A DNA stretch of 64,000 bases from Eledone cirrhosa (GCA_964016885.1 OZ024749.1:2418001-2482000), one strand, 5' to 3'; shown: positions 28,685 to 42,337, numbered from the stretch's first letter. Numbers and translations are program-made. Notes: generated by a model not told the origin, from the letters alone.

Positions 28685-28841
28685 AGTATGGTCTTCTAAA
28701 CATACTTCCCTCAACTGTATGGTCCTCTAAACATACTTCCCTCAACTGTATGGTCCTCTAAACATACTTCCCTCAACTGTATGGTCCTCTAAACATACTT
28801 CCCTCAACTGTATGGTCCTCTAAACATACTTCCCTCAACTG
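28685..28841. repeat. 31-bp tandem repeat, 5 copies
   Basis: Unit gtatggtcctctaaacatacttccctcaact. Confidence 0.95.
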
Positions 28842-29042
28842 AAATATCGCACATGGCGAAAAGAGACGAAAACATGCCCGCTACACAGTACATAGTGGCT
28901 TGAATGGATCAAAAGACCGCTAGAAATAGCAGCCCATAATTATTCAACTCAAGAAACTCGACTTAATAAAGAAATGAGTTAGGAGCGAAAATATCAAATG
29001 AAAAATGTTATTTTGGCTCCTAACTCATTTCTTTACCGTACA

Positions 29043-29112
<70 letters not shown>

Positions 29113-29417
29113 GGCAGCCTTTGTTATACCAAAAGCTTGCAACGAAAGCAAGCAGTATAATTGATTTATGTGTCACAGAAACCTCCCACTGGATTCTACC
29201 ATCAATTTCTAGGAGGTCCAGGTAAATTCTTTTGTTAACCTGTTTAGGTTGCTTCGTATTTTTAGCTCAGGTGGCTGATAGCTTCACGACCACCGTCTTC
29301 ATATTGTCTGGCCTCTATAACGCATGTATATATATATATCTTTTAACATGTTAAAATATCCCCCACACACTTACAGACACATTCCTACTGACCATCCCTC
29401 TACCACGAATTACTCTG

Positions 29418-29460
<43 letters not shown>

Positions 29461-29734
29461 TCTTAATAGGCATTTGAACTGTCAACAGGCTGCGGTTCGC
29501 ACACACATCCATGCTGACCATTATCACAACAACGAACCTCTTTACTACTACTACTACACACACACACACATATTTGTTGTGAAAGACTTATCTCTCAGTC
29601 AGCCGACACAAACCTACATTTGGCGCAAAATCAATTTTTTACATTCACATGACCTCTACCGACCAATCAAAATTGTTTTGACCACAAGAATTTTTGCAAC
29701 ACGAATTGGCGCCACTTTTTAAACATAAAAACAG

Positions 29735-29938
29735 GTAGAATTCCCAAAACTAATCAGATCAGAGCAAACATCACGGACGCTCTATCTCAAAATTATTTTT
29801 GAAAAGCATTAGAAGTGCGCAACCGGTAAAACTTAAAACCAAAACTTAATACTAACCAATACTATTACTAATTATCACTTATTCCTAATTAAACTATTTT
29901 TCACTGTGAACAATTTGTCAGCATTTTCTATTCCGTTT
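29735..29938. mobile_element. One arm of the long-TIR element seen at 59728-60090
   Basis: gctctatctcaaaattatttttgaaaag..aatttgtcagcattttc shared. Confidence 0.8.
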
Positions 29939-29943
29939 ACCAA

Positions 29944-30058
<115 letters not shown>

Positions 30059-30596
30059 GTAGCGTGGATGGTAGTAGTAGTTGTTCCTTCTTGTAGGTTC
30101 TAATAACCCGCCTATAAATACGCACTTACCGTTAAAGCAGTGCTATGACTATAATAATCCATGATCGTCCAACGGGTCTAAGGTGATTAAGTAGAACATA
30201 GGTCTACTGAGCTCCGGCAGAGAACATAAATGAATGGAGTAAAAATATTTCCAAAAGAAAAACTCAACCTTTTTAAAATCGAATTATTAATTGCCACTCT
30301 GGGACAAATAAATCAATTTCGTGTATCAGACAAGTGACTTTTGATCGGGCTCAGATACATCGACTCCTGCTGCTTTCCCTCAACTATAACCATGAATTCT
30401 AATTACATATGTACAACAATAGCCTTAGTTTGGGCCAATCACTGAGGTGATATTCCGGGCGGGGTTTTGGGTTCTTACAAGAGAAAGCCCGAGGTCGTTC
30501 AGTGTAGGCAGCCGATCAACAGAATTACTCTTTATTTTGTCTTGCTTTCTATTGATCGTCTTATGGAAATGTGTTGGTAAATATTAATGTTAGTCA

Positions 30597-30677
30597 ATAG
30601 ACTCTGAAGAGGTTTATATAACAGGAATACATATATTCCTCTTATATAAAATATACACCTGCGAATGTCATAGTCTT
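30597..30677 (+). ncRNA. Degenerate hammerhead remnant
   Basis: AGACT-CTGAAGA-GGT.long hairpin.ACC...AGTCT; GAAA not intact. Confidence 0.35.
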
Positions 30678-30799
30678 ATATGGTTGGTGTGTGCACACTG
30701 CTATGTGTGTACGTGTGAGCGTGTATCTTTGTTTTGTTGTTTTTTCTAAGTATGTGAATAGGTAGGATAGTGTGCGTATTATTATTATGATATATATGT

Positions 30800-30988
30800 G
30801 TGGATTGGCAGTATCGGTAGAGGGTCGGACGCCATGCTTTGACGCATAGAGTTACGGTCCTTGCCATTCTGAGTTCAAATCCCGCCAAGGTTTACTTTGC
30901 CTTTCATGCTTACGGGGTCGATAAAATAAAGAACCAGTAATGCACTGGGTAATTGCTGGCCTTGTGCCAAAAGTGGAAACAGTTATTG
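30800..30988 (+). mobile_element. Near full-length main-family tRNA-derived SINE
   Basis: A box tggcagtatcgg, B box gagttcaaatcc, core and tail. Confidence 0.92.
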
Positions 30989-31007
30989 TGATATATATAT
31001 GTGTGTG

Positions 31008-31128
31008 AAGGCGTGCGGCTGAGTGGTTAGAGAATTTGATTCACAATCTTGAGGTTGTGAGTTCGCTTCCTGGACCGGGCGATGCGTTATGTCCTTGAGC
31101 AAGACACTTTATTTCACATTGCTCCATC
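31008..31128 (+). mobile_element. tRNA-head SINE with CORE/V-like domain (second family)
   Basis: ggctgagtggttag (A box), gagttcgcttcc (B box), tgtccttgagcaagacacttt. Confidence 0.75.
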
Positions 31129-31242
31129 TACATGGAGTTGCGACTGACAGATACTACTAGCAACTGGGGAGACCGACGAAAACAGAACTTAAAACGATAA
31201 GTTCTTGTTTTTGTTATGTCACTATCTATAAAACAACTTTTG

Positions 31243-31304
31243 TATTTTATCTGATGAGCGCGTACCAAACATTTTGGTAACCTTGAAATATGTATAATAA
31301 AATA
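31243..31304 (+). ncRNA. Type I hammerhead ribozyme, family A
   Basis: TATTTTAT-CTGATGA-..TACCAAA.cat.TTTGGTA..-GAAA-TATGTA-TA|ATAAAATA; stem I changes keep pairing relative to the other copies. Confidence 0.7.
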
Positions 31305-31425
31305 AATAAGGTTTTATAAAGATAGTTTCCATTTATTAATATTATCGATAAAGGAATCCTGTAGAGTGCTTCGAATCTATTATAAATAAATGTGTTGAAT
31401 AACCAACAAATTAAATAACTCTTTG

Positions 31426-31489
<64 letters not shown>

Positions 31490-32776
31490 TATATAGATAT
31501 AAATATCTATCTATATAAATGTGTGTGCGTGTGTGTGTGTTTGTAGGCCCATAGGACTCTTTTGAGTGTATATAAATATGTGTTGTTATATATGCAGGCC
31601 ACACACACACACACACATAAATATATACATATATGCGGATGTGAGTATGTTTGTGTCTGTTATAGTATTTAATGATTATATGCCTAAGTAGTTAATAATC
31701 ACAGTTTATTATATATAAGTCTTTTCAAACCCAGCAATAGTTATTGGCTAAAACGGGAGTGATAAACTAAAACACAACAGAAACAAATAAACACTCAAAT
31801 AAATAAATCATATACGTTCCTTTTTTTCCCTCTATATCTTCGCAGCTAATCTAAGTTGCCATAATAACAGCACATGGTATAAAATAATATATAAAGATAT
31901 AAAATAATATATAAAGGAAATAAATATAAAAACAAAATTCTCAAAAAATTATTCAGAACCATTTTGCAAAGGGCTACACAAATAAAACAACCAAAAATCC
32001 AAACTCCCAAAACAGAGAACATAATGTAATTGCTGTTGGTCGTTTCATCATTTATTTATTGGCTGTCATCACCAGCTACTGGAAACGTTCACACGAACTT
32101 TTTTTTCTCTCGCTTGAGGTCAGGCAGACTGAAGTACATTTTGTAAGAAGCGATTAGATAATCATTCCGCCATTTTCATCACATACGCTGTTGTAACAAA
32201 ACTAGTAAAACAACAAATATTTAAATTGGAAAGAAAAGCTTGAGCGATCTCGTTAAAAGCTGGGAGTGGGTAGAATTAGAAATATTTTCGGCGAAAGGTT
32301 ATTCGGTATTTAATTCCATCATTAAACTAGCAATATGGGTTCTAATTCAGCCAAATACATTCTTATTGTTTTATGATATTCTTTTCTTGTTATCTTCCTG
32401 TTATATATATAAAAAAAAAATATGTCCAATTTTAAATATGGAAACAGGGGAGGTTACTAGGGGAATATTCGTATGTATTAAAAAAAAGGGCATCGAGTTA
32501 CCTGCGTGAATGTATAGGTTCGTTCTATGTGCTATCTGTTGAACCAGAGTATTGGTATAATTTTACCGACATATTAAACTGATGTTGGTAACATTTAATC
32601 GGATCTTTTGCATCTTCAACGTATAGCCACATTTGAGTAGGTGTGTGTGTGCGTGGGTGAGTAAGTGTGCGTATATATATATGTGTGTGGGTTAGGGTTA
32701 GGGTTAGGGATAGGATGTGGGTGTGTAAGTGGGTGCAGGTGCATGTATATGCGGGCCTCTATATGTGTGTACATGT

Positions 32777-33297
32777 AATTGAAAATTAGAATTGGTGCTC
32801 TGAAATAGCTATATATATATATATGAATGCATATATAGTGTATTTTGCAATACACTGTATGCTTAATTAAAAGCATTTCGAAGACCTTATGTTATTGTTT
32901 TAGAGTAGTGACAGACTCACTTACTTTAATTTCAGCAAACAGGAGAAGATAGAGCTGACAATACACTATATATACATTCATATATATATAGCTATTTCAG
33001 AGCACCAATTCTAATTTTCAATTTCTGCTTGACCGGCAACCGCTCAGTATAATCAGTTTCTGATTATTTACTATAATTCTATAAGAACCAAACATCCATG
33101 ATTTCAGCAAACAGGAGGAGTAGTTGGCTTTGATAAGCATCAATAAATGCGAAACAAGGTCTTGTCAGCTTTATCTCCTCCTGTTTGCTGAAAGTAAAGT
33201 AAGTGAGTCTGTCACTACTCTAAAACAATAGCATAAGGTCTTCGAAATGCTTTTAATTAAGCATACAGTGTATTGCAAAATACACTATATATACATT

Positions 33298-33300
<3 letters not shown>
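32777..33300 (+). mobile_element. Retrozyme-like ~319-nt monomer (32961-33299) preceded by an inverted partial copy, family G
   Basis: atacactatatatacattc at 32961 and 33280; 32777-32960 is the reverse complement and spans the monomer junction. Confidence 0.8.
33102..33193 (+). ncRNA. Type I hammerhead ribozyme with U3-A8 core and long stem I, family G
   Basis: TTTCAGCAAACAGGAGGAG..GGCT-TTGATAA-GCAT.caataa.ATGC-GAAA-CAAG.gt.CTTG-TC|AGCT..CTCCTCCTGTTTGCTGAAA; predicted cleavage after 33166. Confidence 0.85.
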
Positions 33301-33361
<61 letters not shown>

Positions 33362-33369
<8 letters not shown>

Positions 33370-33963
33370 TAACAGATTAAAGCAAAGAATCGCTGCTTTC
33401 ACCCTTAACGGGATCTTCTGAAACTAAAAAAATCAATCCGTGAACGCAGTCTACGTGCTTGTATATGCATACCCATGGCGGGTGTTTTCGCGTATGCATC
33501 TTTAAGAACGTATATGGATGCGTGCATGTATATATTTAATTATTGTTGATTTCAATAACCTCTGTAATTTATTTACATTATTCTTAACTCTGCAGTTTAG
33601 TCTAAGACTTCATTTCTACCATAAACGTGGTTTTGTCTTTGCGTGTAATTGTTCTGATCGCTACACATAATAACGTATTATTTTCGCGTTTTTTTCGTTC
33701 ATTGCCAGAGAACGTCTCCACGAACCAAAGTATCGTCTTCCTGTCTTCCTTCGGTTGCAACGTTTTTCGAAATATTTACTTCTGCGTTCACAGATCGATT
33801 ATTTTAATTTCAGAAGATCCCGTTAAGAGTGAAAGCAGCGATTCTTTGCTTAAACTTTAATCTGTTATGTTAATAAATATTTGCTCTACGGTTCTTATAT
33901 ATTTGATATATATTTATCCTTACCGAGCCCTCTTTGGATTTTAGTCTTCACATTTATTATTAT

Positions 33964-33970
<7 letters not shown>
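33362..33970. mobile_element. Family F element with ~85-bp inverted arm, between (TA)n tracts
   Basis: 33362-33449 is inverted at 33782-33875; CAGAAGA-TCCC..GAAA hammerhead-like variant. Confidence 0.75.
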
Positions 33971-34007
<37 letters not shown>

Positions 34008-34010
<3 letters not shown>

Positions 34011-34440
34011 GATTGATGCTTTGAAATAGCAATGTATACATGAATGTATGTATAGTATATTTGGCAATATACCGAATGCTTAATTAAAAAACATTTTGAA
34101 GACCATACTCTATCAGTTTTAAAGTAGTGTCTGTGTCACTTACTTCTTTTCTTCAGCGAAAGAAGGGAGAGAAGCTAACAAACTCTCTGTTTCACGCTGT
34201 TCGCGGACATCAGAGCAACGTACTCCCCGCTTTCGCTGAATATTATAGAAGCTGGATTCTTATAGAATTCCAGTAATAATCAGAAGCTGATTATACAGAG
34301 CGGTTGCCGGTCCAGCAAAAATTAGTTATTAGGGTTGGGGCTCTGAAATAGCGATGTATACATGAATGTATGTATAGTATATTTGGCAATATACCGTATG
34401 CTTAATTAAAAACATTAATACCGTACGCTTAATTAAAAAC
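34008..34440 (-). mobile_element. Retrozyme-like family G copy, ~322-nt unit plus partial tandem repeat
   Basis: gaaatagc..cttaattaaaaa repeated at 34023 and 34345; homologous to 32961-33299. Confidence 0.8.
34152..34240 (-). ncRNA. Hammerhead, family G, with C3-G8 core and A9 substituted
   Basis: TTCAGCGAAAG..GCT-CTGATGT-CCGC.gaaca.GCGT-GAAA-CAGA.gag.TTTG-TT|AGC..CTTTCGCTGAA. Confidence 0.7.
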
Positions 34441-34831
34441 AAACCCTATTAAGAGAAACTTCACTATAGGGGGTTCACCCCAACACTTGAATCTGTTGAT
34501 GGAACCCTTTCTGCCTTTGTCACCCTAATTTTAGCCTTAAAGAATTAGCTTCTAAAGAATTTCCCTTTTCTTTAAACCATTGAATCCCACCCATCCTGTA
34601 GACACCTGTCTTACAGGCATTGTTACTTTAAGTGATAAACAAGGATTGGTATTCCAATTTTGAACTTGTTTACAGTATTCTTTCTGCCTTTGTTAATTTT
34701 ATAGCTTTAAAGAATTAGCTTTTAATGAATTCGCCTTTCTTTAAATCCTTCAACCAATGACCTCCACCCATCCCAATCCCCACCCTCTCCTACCACCATA
34801 TAAGGAAAGACATAAATACTAACATTTACTT

Positions 34832-34885
34832 GGACAGCCAGGTTCCTGATGATTTCTCACGAAGGAAACAGCTCTAGTCCTGTAG
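34832..34885 (+). ncRNA. Minimal hammerhead, family B
   Basis: CTGATGA-TTTC.tcac.GAAG-GAAAC-AGCTCTA-GTC|CTG; stem I short with an insertion. Confidence 0.55.
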
Positions 34886-34904
34886 AAGTTCTTCTATATT
34901 AAAA

Positions 34905-35044
<140 letters not shown>

Positions 35045-35078
35045 ATATATATATATGCATCTACGCATCTGTAGGCTT

Positions 35079-35142
<64 letters not shown>

Positions 35143-35752
35143 TTAAGTATACAGAGGCGTAGATGCATGAGCATCCATCAGTCATTAGATCGGACCCACT
35201 CACACATCCATTTAAAAACAAATGCTTCTTAAAATAGTCATTGATCAAATAAGAATTTCAATTATATTAGAATCACGAAACATAAAGCATTTTGTTGAAT
35301 TTCAAACGTATTCTATAAAACATATTTATATGTTTATGTCCGCTTATTTCTTATTAATCTAATATAAAAAAAATAAACGCATACTCTACAGATTCTTCCA
35401 CATACATGTGACTTCCTATATATATATATATTTATTTATACACACATATATATTTACACATATATAATGCATACATATATATATTTACATATATATATAT
35501 ACATATTTATATATATATATATATATATATATACATACATATATATATACATATATATACATACATATATATATACATACACCTATATATATTTATATAT
35601 ATATATATATATACACACATATATATATACACACGCATATATATATACACACACATATATATATACACACACATATATATATGCATACACACATATATAT
35701 ATATATATACACACACATATATATATATACACACATATATATATATACACGC

Positions 35753-35803
<51 letters not shown>

Positions 35804-36697
35804 TATATTTATATACATATATCTATATCTATCTATCTATCTATCTATCTATATATATGTGTGTGTATGTATGTATGTATGTATGTATGTATGTATGCGT
35901 GTGCTTCATAATGTTTCCTTTGATATATATTAAAAAATGCATGTATTGTTCCCATCGTATTTTAATCCAAACGATTCTCTCTCCACGCTCTTCAACCAAA
36001 CTAAAACATGTTAACAACAACACAACAATATAACAAATGTATCACCATTACCATTATCTCCAACCCCAACAATACTCATAGCTATATATACATCTGCAAT
36101 TGTATTTGTTTTAGTTTTCAAACTTTTCTTTATGTAAAATGGGGGATTTTTGTAAATATCGAAAAAACATTTTAAGCTAGGAGAGAAAAATGTTGCTTTT
36201 AAAAATATCATTCATATGTTCCCAAACGCAAACACATACAACCCCCCCCCCCCACACACATATATATATATATATATTTCATCATCAAGGCTTTTATTTC
36301 GGTATTATATGCGATAATGGTTGATTTCTTATAATCTATTTTAATGTTTCCTCTACATATTTTTTATATTCTCCTCATTTCTCTACGTATTGTCATTGTT
36401 CTTTTTTTCTATATTTTATTAAAGAATTAAATTCTACATTCCTTCTATTCTTCTATTCTTGTATTGTTTTCTATTCTTCCATTCCACAATAAATAAATAT
36501 AAAAGCTAAAGTTTCTAGTTTGTAATGATTTCTGTTCTTTTCTTATTTTTTAATTCCGGCTTTTCTGTTTCGTAACATAACCTCGAATTAAAATTACTGA
36601 ATCCTAGCAGCGTCGTAAAAGGAGGATACTCTAAGCCGCAACGCATGTGGTCCGATGCTCTACCGATACTGCCAATACACCGACCATGTATTCGTTT

Positions 36698-36912
36698 AAT
36701 AATTGTTTCTACATTAGGCACAAGGACAGCAATTTGAAGGGAAAGGAAAGTCGATTAAATCGACCCTAGTGCATTACTGGTACTTTATTTTATCGACTCC
36801 CTGTAAGGATGAAAGGCAAAGTTCACCTCGGCGGGATTTGAACTCAGAACGTAAAGGGCCGTAACGCTATGCCGTGAAGCATGTGTCCGTCGCTCTACCG
36901 ATTCTACCAATC
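36698..36912 (-). mobile_element. Main-family SINE, long variant
   Basis: Reverse complement of head and core, plus extra gtcgattaaatcgac segment. Confidence 0.88.
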
Positions 36913-37797
36913 CAAAACATGCAAAATAAAATAGAAACTTGTCTTAAGTCACCTGAACGCACACATGGTTGTTGGATTATACAGTAATATAGAAGAAGAC
37001 ATGGACATCCACATCCAATACCGCAAGGTATACTATCCGACGCTCTAACCATCCTCCACATCACCACCTACAAGCTAATAGTTTTATTCACTGATTATAA
37101 AATAAGACGTAATAGACGTGAATATATGAAAGTATTCCAAGTTGACACAGTCATGGAATATATCGGATTCTCTCGTACGCCAATATAGGAAATATATGGA
37201 TGTTACCGTAGATATTATATTATTGGAGGAAACAGAAATTATTATTACATTTACGTATTGATTTCTAGCATTGACACAAGGGGATATATATCGGGTAAGG
37301 GTGAGAGAAAGTATTCGAAATAATCGATCAGAATATCTATCGGCTTACTTATTTTATCGATTACTGAAAGAAGGGAAATATGGAAACAAAACAGATACAT
37401 ATATGTATTTGTATACAGAGTGCATTATATTCCCCTGGCTGGTTCACGGAAGGTGTTCCCTAATCTAAGACGTCCCGACCGTGACCATCACGTGCTGTTA
37501 ACACTAGATGGGGTATGAATGAAAGGCGGCGGGGCGATTCTCTGTTACTTTTTATCGTATTGGTTGACATAGTTATACACCCCCTCCCATATATATATAT
37601 AATTAAAAGATCGGAAGGGATATACAGTAGAGTCAGGTTTATTTAAAATTCCGTTATACCTATTTCACTGACGACTATCAGTTAAGATGGCCTGAGATGT
37701 TCGGACGACAAAACCTAAAATAAATTTTGAAAGTTCCTAATAAACTTTTAAATTTTGAAACCTCTGATAATTCCTCGAAAAAGATTTTCTTTTCATG

Positions 37798-38160
37798 ATA
37801 CAGGGATCGGCCGAACACGTGGTGTTGTTTCTTCGACGGCCGGCCTCTGTATATATATATATACACTAATTTGCTAATTACAATTTATTAATTACAAACT
37901 TTTATCCGAAATTTAAAAAACCGAACATTTTTTTCCAGGATGTCGTCTGCACACCAAAGCTCGTATTTGGCGCCAAACTTGACCCGAAACGACCCACAGT
38001 CAACCCAGGTCCCACAGTTGTGTCTCAGTGCTCCTACCAGTCAGACCTACGTCAGCTCTGCGACTTTCCTCACCGAGAAACTGCCGGTATCGTTGCGCAA
38101 ACTCACGACCTTGCGGCCACGAGCCGAGCACTCTAACCCTGAGTCACCTTGTCCCCTGTA
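37798..38160. mobile_element. Possible Tc1/mariner-type MITE remnant containing a tRNA-like head on minus
   Basis: tacaggga...cccctgta ends; minus strand ctcagggttagagtgctcggctcgtggccgcaaggtcgtgagttt. Confidence 0.35.
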
Positions 38161-38377
38161 ATATTTCATTTAAAAATCTTAAAAATCTACGCTAAAATCT
38201 ATTCGGAAATCCGAAATGTGTCTGGTTCCAAGGTTTTCGTATAAGAGATTGCGAACCAGATATCGTTTGAGAAATTCATAATATTTTGTACACATATAAA
38301 GCCCATAACAATAGCAAAAATACCTATTTCAAGGTGGAACAAGTTATTTCATTATGGTACCTATATATGTATCCATA

Positions 38378-38470
38378 ACTTTGCCTTTCATCCTTACGGG
38401 GTCGATAAAATAAAGTACCAGTAATGCACTGGGTAATTGCTGGCCTTGTGCCAAAGAGAAGAAACAATTA
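38378..38470 (+). mobile_element. Truncated main-family SINE
   Basis: Core and tail match. Confidence 0.9.
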
Positions 38471-39018
38471 TGGTAACTATTTATAATTTGAAAAAGTCCA
38501 TAACTAAAATCGATCTAAGCAATCGATCATCGATCACGAACTATCGATTTTGGTAAAGTTACATGAAACGCGAATCAATTATCAAAATAATTTAGGTCTT
38601 TAAATAAAGTTCCGATAGAGTATAGAGTACAAAATGCTTTCTATATCTGCCAGGAAGCGAGTTATGACAACACCATAGACAACATCGTGAAATAAGGTTT
38701 AAAATGTAGCGGCACATACAAACAAGACTTGACGTGCGCTAAAAAGAGCTACATTGACGTACCCACTATGTTTGAGGGAAAACAAATGTTTTTCATTTTT
38801 GACAAAGCCTTCCGGTATGCAAATCGATCATATGAAAACTCGGTTAATCAGAGGATGTTTACCTTTGAGAATACTATATATTCTCAGCAGTTCTGAGTAG
38901 CAGTAATGGAAGGATATACAGTATCTATAAGGGGCAATAACTCAGAAACAATTGTCGACTGCTTTGTCTCTGATACCGCTGGAGAAAAGATGACGTCTGT
39001 CATCTCACTCTCGAATAC

Positions 39019-39053
<35 letters not shown>

Positions 39054-39243
39054 TATATATAGACGTATATATATATATAAATGTATATGCATACATAAAT
39101 ATATACATACATATATATATATATAAGATGGCCGACTGATTAGGCACTTCTGTTTATTATCTATTTTTCCCCTCAATTTTCTTCTCATTTTCTCAGTTTC
39201 TTCCTCTCATCACACTTTACTTTCTATTTATCTTCTATTTCTA

Positions 39244-39288
39244 AGTCTATCTTCTGATGAAGGACTAGTGTCCGATACCTTAAGACTC
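39244..39288 (+). ncRNA. Degenerate minimal hammerhead (GAAA mutated to GATA)
   Basis: AGTCT..CTGATGA-AGGAC.tagt.GTCC-GATAC-CTTA|AGACT. Confidence 0.5.
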
Positions 39289-39498
39289 TCTTCCTGCTAT
39301 TTCAAGCATTAAACTAGTACATTTCTTCTATGTACTGCGCCTTTCGATTTGTTATTTTTATTAATATATATACTGGTAATAAGGTAGTAATATATTACTG
39401 CCTACCACTATTTAGGGTTTGTATAAAAAAATATATAAAAAAATATATATAACTGCAAAAGGTTTTTGTATTTACATAACCATAAATAGTATAATTAA

Positions 39499-39556
<58 letters not shown>

Positions 39557-39695
39557 TTTGATTGCCGTCATACCTGTCGAAAATCGTGATATGTATATAT
39601 ATATATATTAAGTGTATTGAGTTCAAAATATATATATATGTGTGTATGTGTATGTTTGTGTGTGTATGTGTGTGTGTGTATATATACACATACAC

Positions 39696-39750
<55 letters not shown>

Positions 39751-39947
39751 CACACACACACACATATATATATAAGATCAAAAGATGGTTAAAAGAGTTC
39801 CAAGTATTTTATTATACGCATTTCAAAAACAAATATCATCTGCGTTCTCATCAGATAAAATAGGAAGACATGATATGAAACTTAAAAAACACTTGTGAAT
39901 AGTGAAGTTTTAAATCAACATATCGTGCTACAATAAAACTCACATCC

Positions 39948-40011
<64 letters not shown>

Positions 40012-40017
<6 letters not shown>

Positions 40018-40200
40018 TGAGATTCTACAGGACTATAACTGTTTCATTCTTTAGAAATCATCAGGAATCATTCCTGATGATTTCTAAAGAATGAAACAGT
40101 TCTGTCCTGTAGAATCTCATCTATATTAAAACTTTTATACTCTGCAATGTATTGAGTACCTTACTTACTGTGGTTATCTCCGATTCAACCCGGAATAACG
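40012..40200. mobile_element. Family B foldback with a hammerhead core on both arms
   Basis: Palindrome centred on tcaggaatcattcctga; CTGATGA-TTTC.taaa.GAAT-GAAACAG.tt.CTGTC. Confidence 0.8.
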
Positions 40201-41815
40201 TATATATATATATATGGAGAAATGCTAACAATTTTCACACCGTTAGTAGAATTTATGTTTCTCTTAGTTTAACTGATTTAATCTATTTGGAGAAGTGAAA
40301 TTATTATCGTACTTGTTGAAAACATTTTGGTAATATTTCCTAATTTCCTTGTTACTGGCAATACTTGAAAGTAATAAATATTTTCTTTTGCCAAACTATT
40401 TTACAATTTTCGTCGATATTGGTACAACACTACTGACAAGTACACACACTCATATATATATATATATATATATTCACATGCATACAGACATAAATATACA
40501 CACACAACCATACACATATGTACACACACACTCACCCCCCTCCTATATATAAATATATATATTCAAATACGTATATACATGTATATACGTATTTTGGGAG
40601 AAACAAAGAACGAGATTTACTTACATACACACAGCGTATACAAACACACACACATATATATATGTTATGTGTCTGGTATTTTGTGTGTGCGTCTGTGTGT
40701 TTGTGTGTGTGTAATATAGTATGCACATATACAATGTTAAGTAAAATTATTTCTTTCAGATATACATGAAGATAAATTGTATGAATTATGTATATATGTA
40801 TGTGTATATGTATTTACAAATATCTATGTAAATACATACGTGTCTTTAGATTCTTAAAGTGTGTGTGAAGGTGAGAGTAATTGTGTGGTTATATATGTGT
40901 AGGAACTTAGAAACGAATTCTACAAATCTTTCAATTCCACATTGGTTTCACGCGATTCTCTCAAAGACGTTTGAAAATCATTTCAAAATGGCATCTGCAC
41001 CGTAACATTTAACACGAAGTATTTTAATGGTGAATATAGACAGAGAAAAATATATTGAAAGACGAAGAAATTGTCTTTGTAGAAATATCAGGAAATCATA
41101 AATTGAAATAAATTGTCAGACTATTAAGTTCACTCCATTTTGTTGATTCAGAGAATAGAATACAAAAATAGACATTGAAATTATTCTGCAAGATTTAAAA
41201 AGTTTCTTTTATACTATTGCAGCTTGTCAGTGAATTATTGATATATCATTGACAAACGGTGCATGATTGGTATTTGCTGATTATTGAAATGGTATTACTA
41301 GCGTTCATTCAATTTGTTTTTGTGAGTCATCAACGAAAAAGAGAAGATGTTACTGAAATTTTATTGCATCGATTTTACAGACATTGCTCGACTCCATCAA
41401 AGATATTCACTGATTTACCATTAAATCTCGCATCAATGTGTGAATAATTAAAGAAGAATATAATATCTTCTTTCCGGTTTCGAGATCGATTCGGGAGCCA
41501 ATCCACGAGCCGTTGTGGTACATTTCCTTTAACATACAACTTCTCTCTCTCTCTCTATATATATATATAAAAAAAAAAAAAAAAAAAAATAACAAATAAA
41601 GGACTTGTATAATTTAGTTCCCAAACGCTTAAAATTATTGCAGTTACAGCTGAAACGCATATATTTTCTTGATGAAGTTTGGACATTTACAAGAATAGCA
41701 CGACCAACAACAAAACCTGAGCAAAACCGCAGTTTCAAAGATAAATAAATTCCATGGCATATTTCTGATATTGTCGCTTCAGTTATTCAACCACTAGCTT
41801 CATCTATCTACCTCT

Positions 41816-41890
<75 letters not shown>

Positions 41891-41944
41891 AAAAAATATG
41901 AAATTGAAAATGCAACTGGAGTCTTTTTAAGAATATTTATTTTG

Positions 41945-41988
41945 TTCCTTTACCGGTTTCGCAGTTGTTATGCTTTTCAAAAGTAGAA
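41945..41988 (-). ncRNA. Minimal type I hammerhead with U3-A8 core, family D
   Basis: TTC.ta.CTT-TTGAAAA-GCA.taacaac.TGC-GAAA-CCGG-TA|AAG.GAA; palindromic stem III. Confidence 0.65.
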
Positions 41989-42201
41989 TTGTGATGGAGG
42001 GTTTGTGGTTTTTCTCGCATATATATTAATTAAAGAATCGCTGCTTTCACGAAGATCTCGTTAATAATGAAAGCAGCGATTCTTTGCTTAAACTTTAATC
42101 TGTTATTTTAATAAATATTTCCTCTAGGGTTCTTATATATTTGATATATATTTATCCTTATGGAGCCCTCCTTGGATTTTAGTCTTCACTTATATTTTTA
42201 T

Positions 42202-42264
<63 letters not shown>

Positions 42265-42337
42265 AGGTGAGATAATGTAATAATGACATCAGCTGCACTA
42301 CTGCAAGTATAAGTCAGCATTATTTACCTTAATCACG

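Noticed and set aside
28685-28841. 31-bp repeats of CRISPR-like length
   Set aside because: Head-to-tail with no spacers.
31008-31082. tRNA gene
   Set aside because: A and B boxes are present but the cloverleaf is poor and it continues into a SINE body. The same applies to the tRNA-like heads near 38100 and 46300.
32115-32185. C/D box snoRNA on minus (GTGATGA...CTGA)
   Set aside because: No terminal stem and no recognisable rRNA guide.
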